Source: an uncultured Chloroflexia bacterium (GTDB lineage Bacteria; Chloroflexota; Dormibacteria; Aeolococcales; Aeolococcaceae). From it: DNA of 64,000 nt. The translations under genes and the position numbers were made by a program. The notes beneath the pieces are model-generated. The model was given only the letters and a program-made list of their open reading frames with translations. It was not told where the DNA came from and did no database searches. Below, one piece after another: positions 57,029-64,000 of the stretch (its first letter is position 1; every line of letters begins with the position of its first letter). The stretch spans positions 184,723 through 248,722 of the forward strand of contig CAWDLK010000001.1 in the NCBI GenBank assembly GCA_963803165.1, read 5' to 3'.

Positions 57029-58435
57029 TTGGAAGCCACTCGGATCGCCACTGCCACCAGGAACCCTACCCCCCCACGTCACCGGCTGAGACCGCCACGG
57101 ATCGCGGCACCTCTGCTGGCCGGCGCGGCCGCCGCGCTCCTCGTCGGCGCGGCGCTGGCGGGGGAGGCCGGCGCCGCCGGATGGGCGCCGGCGGGGAGCC
57201 TGGCCGGGCTCGGCGATGGGCGCATCTGGCAGGTCGTCTTCGCCCCAGGCGACCCCCTCCTCGCCGCGGCGGCGACCGACAACGGCGTGTACGTCAGCCT
57301 CGACGGCGGGAACACGTGGTCGTCCTCGGGGCTCCACGGCTCGCGGGCCTGGGCGGTGGCCATCCAGTCCGGGGCGCTGGGGGCCGAGACCCTCTACGCC
57401 GGCCTCGCCGGCTCGGGGATCCGGGTCTCCACCGACGAGGGCAAGACTTGGACCGACAGCTCCTCCGGGCTCCCCAACCTCGACGTCCGGGACATCGCGG
57501 TGACCACGGGCGGGCTGGCCGCCGGCACCGACGACGGCGTCGCCCTCTCCGCGACCGGCAGCACCTGGTACGCGGGAGGCCTGACCGGGGACAGCATCAG
57601 CGCGGTGGCGGGGATCCCGGGCGCCCCCGGTCCCGTCTTCTATGCCGGGGTCGACTACCCCAACACCGGCAGGAGCTACCTCTACCGGCGGGACCCGACC
57701 AGCGGGCTGTGGACGGCGGTCACCGCCGGGCTCCCCAGCGGTGACGTGGTGGATTCGATCAGCATCGGGGCCACCACCGAGTTGATCACCGCCAACCCGA
57801 TCCTGGTCACCACCGCCAAGGGCACGTACCGCTCGGGCGACGGGGGCATCACCTGGACCGCGAGCAACGGCATCCCCCAGAACACCTACCTCACGGACGC
57901 CGTCTACAGCCCCCTCGACCCCAACCTCGTCTACGCCGGGGCCGATGCGGGCGGGAGCAGCGGGGGCGGCCTCTTCCGCTCCACCGACGGCGGCCAGACC
58001 TTCACCGCCGCGAACCAGGGCCTGCCGACCGACCACAGCTCGGGGGAGCCGGCGCGTCAGGAGGTGGAGAGCGTTGCGGTGGCGCCCGGGCAGCCGTACG
58101 CGACGGTGATCGCCGCCCTCGACCCTTACCAGGGCGATGCGGCGGTGTACGTCGAGGTGGACACCGGCGCGCCGTCGCCCCCCGTGCTCACCACCGCCTC
58201 GGCCTCCGCCGGCACCCTTCCGGCCTCGGCCCTCGGCACGCCGACGCCCACCGTCCAGGGGGCACCCGGGCAGCCGCAGCCCACCCCGACCCCCTCGTCC
58301 TCGCTGATCGGGGGAGTGGCGGGAGCGGTCTTCCACTTCCCCACCCCGCTCATCTTCGAGCTGGCCTTCGTGATCCTGGTGGTCGCGCTCTTCGTCCGCT
58401 GGCGCCGCCACTACTACGTCGACGGGCCCCCGTAG
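57029..58435 (+). CDS. Secreted BNR/Asp-box beta-propeller protein with C-terminal TM anchor
   Basis: Signal peptide; repeats SLDGGNTW, STDEGKTW, SGDGGITW, STDGGQTF; C-terminal TM + RWRR; start uncertain. Confidence 0.8.
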   Translation: MEATRIATATRNPTPPRHRLRPPRIAAPLLAGAAAALLVGAALAGEAGAAGWAPAGSLAGLGDGRIWQVVFAPGDPLLAAAATDNGVYVSLDGGNTWSSSGLHGSRAWAVAIQSGALGAETLYAGLAGSGIRVSTDEGKTWTDSSSGLPNLDVRDIAVTTGGLAAGTDDGVALSATGSTWYAGGLTGDSISAVAGIPGAPGPVFYAGVDYPNTGRSYLYRRDPTSGLWTAVTAGLPSGDVVDSISIGATTELITANPILVTTAKGTYRSGDGGITWTASNGIPQNTYLTDAVYSPLDPNLVYAGADAGGSSGGGLFRSTDGGQTFTAANQGLPTDHSSGEPARQEVESVAVAPGQPYATVIAALDPYQGDAAVYVEVDTGAPSPPVLTTASASAGTLPASALGTPTPTVQGAPGQPQPTPTPSSSLIGGVAGAVFHFPTPLIFELAFVILVVALFVRWRRHYYVDGPP

Positions 58436-59886
58436 GTCCCCTGCCCGGCGCGGCGCGCCAGGGGGAGCCAGAAGGTGACGGTGGTCCCCGCGCCCTCGGC
58501 GCTGGCGATGGCGACGTCCCCACCCTGAGCACGGGCCAGCCCCAGCACGATGGCCAGCCCCAGCCCGCTGCCCCCGTCCTCGCGGTTGCGCGTCTTCTCC
58601 CCGCGGAAGAAGCGCTCGAAGACGTGGGGAAGGTCGGACGCCGGGATCCCCGGCCCGTCGTCGTGGGCGTCGACCCGAGCCCGCCCCCTCTCGACCCGCA
58701 CCGACCAGAGCTGGCGCGCCCCGGGCGCATACCTGCAGGAGTTGGTGAGCAGGTTGCGGACGATGGTGGCGACGGCGTCGCGGGTGCAGTGGACGGTCAC
58801 CGGCCCGGGCGGGAGGTCGCGATCCACGCGCTGCGGCATCCCCGGCACCCCCTCGTCGAGGAGCCTCGCCACCGCCGCCACCAGGTCGAGGTCCTCCGCC
58901 GCCTGCTGCGACCGGGCGTCCATCCGGGCGAGGGTCAGCAGGTCGAGGACGAGGACGCGGAGCCGGTCCGCCTCCCGGGCCATCATCCCCAGCGCCGAGC
59001 TCATGGCTTCCGGGCCCTGGGCCGCCCCCCGGCGGAGGACCTCGATGTAGCCGGAGAGAGCGGTGACCGGCGTCCTCAGCTCATGGGACGCGTCGGCGAT
59101 GAAGCGCCGCACCCGGGACTCCGATTCCTGCTGGATCGCGAACGCCTCCTCGATGCGGTCCGCCATGTGGTCGAAGGCGCCGGCCAGCTGGCCCACCTCG
59201 TCGTCGCGCGGGATCAGGCGGCTCCGGGCCCGCAGGTCGCCGCCGGCGAGCTCCTCTGCGGTGACCGTCAGGCGGCGGAGCGGGCGAAGGGCTCCGCCGG
59301 TGACCACGATCCCGATGGTGAGCACGAGCAGCAGTAGCACGCCTCCCCCGATGGCGAGGCCGGCGAGGTCGCCGGAGAGGACGCTGTCGATCGGGGTCAT
59401 CGGCTCCGAGACCTCGACCACGGCCACGGCGCGCCGGACGGTGAGGTCGCTCACCCCCACCGGGAAGCCCACCACCAGGTCGGAGCCGACGACCTGGTGC
59501 TGCACGCTCCCGCGGGCGACCAGGGCGTCGAAGGTGATGCCGCCGAGTGATGGGGGATCGGCGCCGGGCGGGACCACGTCGCGGCGGACGCCGAGGGGGC
59601 CGTAGAGGGCGACGCTCACCGACTGGCCGGACGCCGAGCGGATCAGGACGGCGAGGGTGCGCACCCTCTCGGCCTCCGAGGTGGAGGTCAGGTCGCCGGC
59701 CGCATAGAGCCTCCGGGCCGCGACCAGGTCGCCGCTCAGCGTGGCCACCCGGCCGTCGATGAGGCTCCCCCGCAGCATCACGTACTGGAAGGCGCCCAGC
59801 CCGACCAGCAGCACCGCGATCAGCGCCAGGTAGGTCAGGGTGAGCCGCCAGCGGAGACTGCGGAGCGCCCGGCCGAAACGGCTCAC
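58414..59886 (-). CDS. Sensor histidine kinase (HAMP, HisKA, HATPase; MprB-like)
   Basis: FIADASHELRTP, NLLTN..RY, DDGPGI, FERFFRG, GSGLGLAI. Confidence 0.95.
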   Translation of the reverse strand: MSRFGRALRSLRWRLTLTYLALIAVLLVGLGAFQYVMLRGSLIDGRVATLSGDLVAARRLYAAGDLTSTSEAERVRTLAVLIRSASGQSVSVALYGPLGVRRDVVPPGADPPSLGGITFDALVARGSVQHQVVGSDLVVGFPVGVSDLTVRRAVAVVEVSEPMTPIDSVLSGDLAGLAIGGGVLLLLVLTIGIVVTGGALRPLRRLTVTAEELAGGDLRARSRLIPRDDEVGQLAGAFDHMADRIEEAFAIQQESESRVRRFIADASHELRTPVTALSGYIEVLRRGAAQGPEAMSSALGMMAREADRLRVLVLDLLTLARMDARSQQAAEDLDLVAAVARLLDEGVPGMPQRVDRDLPPGPVTVHCTRDAVATIVRNLLTNSCRYAPGARQLWSVRVERGRARVDAHDDGPGIPASDLPHVFERFFRGEKTRNREDGGSGLGLAIVLGLARAQGGDVAIASAEGAGTTVTFWLPLARRAGQGTYGGPST

Positions 59887-59895
59887 GGGGTCACC

Positions 59896-60591
59896 TCACT
59901 CCCGGGCCACCCCGCTCGCCGCGTGCAGGCGGTAGCCGACGCCGCGCACGGTCTGGATACGCCGGTGATCGGTGTCGCCCAGCTTCTGCCGGAGGTAGCG
60001 GATGTAGACCTCGACGTTGTTCTCGTCGCCGAAGAAGGTGTGACCCCAGACCTCGTCGAGGAGCCGCTGACGGGGCACGACCTGGTGGGAGTTGAGCGCG
60101 AGGTAGTGGAGGAGGTCGTACTCGCGCACCGACAGCTCGAGCTGCCGATCGCCGACGTGGACCTCGCGGGTGGCGGTGTCGATGCTGAGATCGCCGACCT
60201 GCACCACCCGGTCGAGGTCCGGGTTGCGCCGCCGGAGGACCGCCCTGACCCGGGCGAGCAGCTCGGCGAACTCGAAGGGCTTGACCAGGTAGTCGTCGGC
60301 TCCGAGCTCGAGGCCCCGGACGCGGTCGGTGGTCTCGTCCCGCGCGCTCAGGATGATGATCCCGCGCCGCGCCTCGCCGGCGATGGCCCGGCACAGCTCG
60401 AAGCCGTCCAGCCTCGGCATCATGATGTCGAGGATCACCAGGTCCGGCTTGAACTCGTCGACGGCGCGCAGTCCCTGGCGTCCGTCGGCGGCGGTGGCCA
60501 CCTCGTAGCCCTCGTGGTGCAGGCCGAGCTGGATGAAGTCGGTGATCGAGGGCTCGTCGTCGACCACCAGGATGCGGCCCCGCTCGCTCAT
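59896..60591 (-). CDS. OmpR/PhoB family response regulator (MprA-like)
   Basis: ILVVDDE, DIMMP, GADDYLVKPF, NVEVYIRYLRQKL, IQTVRGVGY. Confidence 0.95.
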   Translation of the reverse strand: MSERGRILVVDDEPSITDFIQLGLHHEGYEVATAADGRQGLRAVDEFKPDLVILDIMMPRLDGFELCRAIAGEARRGIIILSARDETTDRVRGLELGADDYLVKPFEFAELLARVRAVLRRRNPDLDRVVQVGDLSIDTATREVHVGDRQLELSVREYDLLHYLALNSHQVVPRQRLLDEVWGHTFFGDENNVEVYIRYLRQKLGDTDHRRIQTVRGVGYRLHAASGVARE

Positions 60592-60645
60592 CTGTGTCCC
60601 GAAGTATATGAGCCAATTGGGCCGATCTCGGCGGAGGTGATCCCT

Positions 60646-60662
60646 TCTCATGGACCTCTCAG
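60646..60662. promoter_or_regulatory. MprA-box-like direct repeat in divergent promoter region
   Basis: TCTCAT-N5-TCTCAG between a minus-strand -10 TATACT (60608-60603) and a plus-strand -10 TACACT (60702-60707). Confidence 0.55.
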
Positions 60663-60714
60663 CCGGAGGCGGTGACGGAGTGAACCGTCGGAGTGGATCG
60701 GTACACTGCCCGCG

Positions 60715-61734
60715 ATGTCCCCGGAGACGACCACCGCCGGCGCGAAGCGCGGAGTCGCCAGGGCGGTGGCACCGGGGCCCGAGCCAGGGGTGTCTCCGTC
60801 GGCCCATGGAGCCCGCGACCTGCCGGACTGGCTGCGCCGGGCCGTCCCCATGCTGGTGGTGGGGCTCGCCTATCTGGTGGCCGTCTCGGCGATCATGATC
60901 TGGCGGGCGGTCCCCGTCTCGCCGGCCTACCTGCTGCTCCTGCTGGTGCCGGTGGTGCTGCTGGCGGGGCGGTTCGCGCGAGTGATGGGCGACTGGGCAC
61001 CGATCGCCGCCGTCGCGCTCGCGTACGCGGCGATGGCGCCGGTGGTGCACCACGGAGGCGTGAGCCCTCAGGTGGTCCCCCTCGTCCGGGTCGAGACCTG
61101 GCTGTTCGCCGGCCACGATCCCTCCGAGGTGCTCCAGCACGCGGTCGGCGGCACCGCGCTGCACGTGCTGGCGGTGGCGGCGACGTCCGTCTACTTCTCC
61201 TTCTTCGCGCTGCCGGTGGTGGTGGGGCTGGCGCTCTGGCTGCGGGATGCCACCCAGTACCTTCGCTTCGTGACCGCGCTCCTCGGCATGGCGGTGGTGG
61301 CGTACCTCACCTTCCTGCTCGTGCCCACCGCACCCCCCTGGTACGCGGCGGAGCAGCACGCGCTGAGCGGGGTCACCGACCTGATCCGCTCTCAGCACAC
61401 GCTGCCCGCCGCGGTGAGCCCGCTCTACAGCCGGCTCGACCCCAATCCCGCCGCCGCCTTCCCCTCGCTGCACGCGGCCTTCCCGTTCCTCGGGTGGCTG
61501 GCGATGCGCCGCTCCTACCCGAGCGGTTCGTGGATCATCCTCGGCTGGTTCCTCCTGATCGCGGCGAGCGTGGTCTTCCTGGGCGAGCACTACGTGATCG
61601 ACGTGGTCGCCGGCGCGCTCCTGGCCACCGCCGCGTGGGCGGTGATGACGCGGCTTCTGGTCCCCCACGTGGACGTGCTGCGGGGCGCGGCCTCCGGCCC
61701 GGCGCCCCGTGCCGCCGGGAGCGCCCGTGCCTGA
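60715..61734 (+). CDS. PAP2 family membrane protein (AUR1/IPC-synthase-like PAP2_3)
   Basis: PTAPPW, AAFPSLHAA, GEHYVIDV. Confidence 0.88.
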   Translation: MSPETTTAGAKRGVARAVAPGPEPGVSPSAHGARDLPDWLRRAVPMLVVGLAYLVAVSAIMIWRAVPVSPAYLLLLLVPVVLLAGRFARVMGDWAPIAAVALAYAAMAPVVHHGGVSPQVVPLVRVETWLFAGHDPSEVLQHAVGGTALHVLAVAATSVYFSFFALPVVVGLALWLRDATQYLRFVTALLGMAVVAYLTFLLVPTAPPWYAAEQHALSGVTDLIRSQHTLPAAVSPLYSRLDPNPAAAFPSLHAAFPFLGWLAMRRSYPSGSWIILGWFLLIAASVVFLGEHYVIDVVAGALLATAAWAVMTRLLVPHVDVLRGAASGPAPRAAGSARA

Positions 61735-62515
61735 GCGCATCGTGGTCGCCCCCGGGCTCAGCGTCGCCGAGCCCCACAGCCACACCCTCGCCAGCGACGG
61801 CATGGTGACCGCCGTCGAGCTGGTGCGCGCCGCGGCCGCCATCGGGCTCTCGGTCATCGCCATCACCGACCACGACACCCTCTCGCCGCTCGAGGAGGCC
61901 ATCGAGGTCGGAGCCGGGCTGGGGGTCGACGTGGTGCGCGGCGAGGAGGTGACCTGCTCCTTCCCGCCCGGGATCCACGTGGTGGCCCTCTTCATCGAGC
62001 GGCCGATCCGGATGCACCTGAGCGTGGAGGACACCGTTGATGCGATCCACGACGAGGGGGGGCTGGCGGTGGTCGCCCATCCCTTCATGCCCACCTGGTT
62101 CGCCTCGATCACCGCGGGCCGCCTCCGCCGCCTCCTGGAGACCAGGGCGATCGACGGGATCGAGGTCCGCCACACCGCTCCGGTCCTGCCCGGCGCCTGG
62201 AAGGCGCTCGACGCCTTCTGCGCCGCCCACCGCGAGCGGGTGGGGGCGATGGTGGCCGCCGGGGACAGCCACTTCGGCATCCACGACCTCGGACGGCTGG
62301 TCACCGTCTTCCCCGGCGGCGGAGCCGCCGACCTCCGCCGCGCCCTCGAGGAGCGCACCACCTCACCGCTCCGCGGCGTCTCCCCGGCCGGCCCGCCGCT
62401 CTCGATGAGGCTCGGCCAGCAGCGGCGGTCGCTGATCGAGCTCAACCTCAAGCGCTTCCGGGGGACGGTGGGCGGCGGCCCGGGATCCCGGGGCGGCGCC
62501 GGCGCGCGGCGTTAG
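61727..62515 (+). CDS. PHP-domain metal-dependent phosphoesterase
   Basis: HSHT.ASDG, AITDHD, GEEVT, H..AL, AHP, GDSH. Confidence 0.88.
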   Translation: MPERIVVAPGLSVAEPHSHTLASDGMVTAVELVRAAAAIGLSVIAITDHDTLSPLEEAIEVGAGLGVDVVRGEEVTCSFPPGIHVVALFIERPIRMHLSVEDTVDAIHDEGGLAVVAHPFMPTWFASITAGRLRRLLETRAIDGIEVRHTAPVLPGAWKALDAFCAAHRERVGAMVAAGDSHFGIHDLGRLVTVFPGGGAADLRRALEERTTSPLRGVSPAGPPLSMRLGQQRRSLIELNLKRFRGTVGGGPGSRGGAGARR

Positions 62516-62566
62516 AATCGGACGCCGAGGGGCGGCTGGCGGCCTCGGCTCGCCGGCCCCGCACGG

Positions 62567-62642
62567 GCCCGCTTAGCTCAGTTGGTAGAGCAGGGAACTT
62601 GTAATCCCTTGGTCACAGGTTCGAGTCCTGTAGCGGGTACCA
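62567..62642 (+). tRNA. tRNA-Thr(TGT)
   Basis: Acceptor GCCCGCT/AGCGGGT, D arm GCTC/GAGC, loop CTTGTAA, GGTTCGAGTCC, encoded CCA. Confidence 0.95.
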
Positions 62643-64000
62643 GGTTCCCCAACGGCGCTAGAGCCCTGGAAGGCCCGGTTCGGTGGCGTCCTCCGGGATC
62701 GGCGGGCGAGGCTGAGCCGGCTGCCCCAGCAGAGACGACAAGCGGGAGTTGAACTCCGCTCCCACAGCGATGAGGAAGAAGTCGAGCGGCAGCTGTCCGA
62801 TACCCTCACGGCTGTCCCTTGCCGAGACAGCCGGCGCATCGACGGCGACGACCCACGCGCGCCCGCGAAACTGAGGGTGACGCTCCACGAAGGCCACGAG
62901 GCCGCGGCGGGTATGGTCCGCGGAAGAAGCGATCTCGATGGCAACGGGGGCCTCGGGATCGTCATAGACAAGGTCGACCTCGTAACTGCCGTCGCGCCAA
63001 TGGGCGCACCGGACCTGGGTGAGGAGGGATAGGCAGTACAGGTGAGCGGCCGCCATGTTCTCGTAGAGGACACCCATCTCCACGGGGCTGCGAAGTGGCG
63101 CCAATCCGCGTTCGAGCGCGGCGTTGCGAATCGCCGCGTCATAGAAGTAGAGCCGCCTCCCCCGACGTTGTCGCGCGATCTCAGAGCCGGAGTAGTTGGG
63201 AAGCGTGAAGAGCACGAAAGAGCGTTCAAGGTACGTGAGGTAACGCTCGACCGTTGGCTCCGTGATGCCCAGCTGTTGCGAGATCTTCTTGGGACTCACT
63301 ATGCCGGCGGCCTGGCCGGCAGCGACGTAGAGCAGCCGTTCGAGCTGCATCGGGTTGTCCACGCCGAACGACTGGGGGATGTCCTTGTAGATTGCACGCT
63401 CCACGGCATCTGAGCGGAGTACGCGCTGCGACTCGATCAGCCGCTCATCATCGCCGACCGTGTTGCGAAAGCGGACCAAGAGCTCAGGGAAGCCGCCGGT
63501 GAAGAGGAGCTCGCGATGCGCGTCTGCCAGCAACTTGCGGTCCGGCTGAACCTGGATGACTTCCTCGATGGTCTCCGCGAGATGGCCGGTTCCCGGCAGG
63601 TCGACGGGAGTGCCGCGAAGAGCAAGGTACTCGTGGAGTAGATAGGGAGTGAGGTAGCGCTCGTCCCAACGGCCAACGCCCGTTTCCGTGTGCTGACGGC
63701 GCAGGGCCGCCACCGCGCTGGAGCTCCCGACAATGCGGAGGGGCCAGTGCTCGTCGTAGAAGGTCTTGAGCCATAGGTCCCAGTTCTTCGCATACACGAG
63801 CTCATCGAGGAAGAGGTAGACGGGGTCCGTCTCGTGGTCTGCGCTACGTCCAGCCAAGCGCATGACCACCTGCACGACAGATCCAAGATCGAGGTCGAGG
63901 AGGAGCGGGTGGTCGAGTTGCAGCCACCATAGACGACGAGGTTGAATGCCACTGGCCAGGAGATGGCGCGCCGCTTGATACATGACGGTTGTCTTGCCGA
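62643..64000. mobile_element. Probable left edge of a genomic island at the tRNA-Thr 3' end
   Basis: Abrupt GC/codon-usage change right after the tRNA CCA; no integrase or att repeat visible in the window. Confidence 0.45.
62658..64000 (-). CDS. AAA_14 ATPase with DUF4143 C-terminal domain (5' end beyond the window)
   Basis: GKTT Walker A end at the window edge, LFLDE Walker B, GSS, GGFPE, KDIP, YF.D..IRNA, EN, EVDLV; AT-richer codons than neighbours. Confidence 0.88.
   Translation of the reverse strand, partial: GKTTVMYQAARHLLASGIQPRRLWWLQLDHPLLLDLDLGSVVQVVMRLAGRSADHETDPVYLFLDELVYAKNWDLWLKTFYDEHWPLRIVGSSSAVAALRRQHTETGVGRWDERYLTPYLLHEYLALRGTPVDLPGTGHLAETIEEVIQVQPDRKLLADAHRELLFTGGFPELLVRFRNTVGDDERLIESQRVLRSDAVERAIYKDIPQSFGVDNPMQLERLLYVAAGQAAGIVSPKKISQQLGITEPTVERYLTYLERSFVLFTLPNYSGSEIARQRRGRRLYFYDAAIRNAALERGLAPLRSPVEMGVLYENMAAAHLYCLSLLTQVRCAHWRDGSYEVDLVYDDPEAPVAIEIASSADHTRRGLVAFVERHPQFRGRAWVVAVDAPAVSARDSREGIGQLPLDFFLIAVGAEFNSRLSSLLGQPAQPRPPIPEDATEPGLPGL

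Overview
High-GC (roughly 70% or more by eye) bacterial chromosome segment, mostly housekeeping genes: a GuaB3-type IMP dehydrogenase, lon, infA, metH, tldD/tldE, aroF, an MshC-like cysteine ligase, glgC-glgA(GlgM type), dps, purA, two two-component systems, MFS/ABC exporters with MarR regulators, envelope enzymes, tRNA-Asp(GTC) and tRNA-Thr(TGT). Gene content looks like a Terrabacteria lineage such as Dormibacterota, Chloroflexota or Actinomycetota (inference only). A lower-GC AAA_14/DUF4143 ATPase directly after tRNA-Thr probably marks the edge of an island that continues past the window. I found no CRISPR array, rRNA or transposase. The most notable signals are mostly non-coding: (i) tandem NrdR-type boxes 32 bp apart over the guaB3 promoter; (ii) a multi-stem leader upstream of metH that resembles SAM-clan riboswitches but has an altered pocket; (iii) two frameshifts (metH, tldD) in the identical DNA 8-mer CGAACTCG on opposite coding strands, suggesting a DNA-modification-linked sequencing error; (iv) a probable AUC start codon for purA; (v) widespread leaderless gene architecture; (vi) an IF-1 with an Arg-rich extension and a coiled-coil/histone-H1-like protein with a switch-like leader. 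All calls come from reading motifs by eye; no searches were run.
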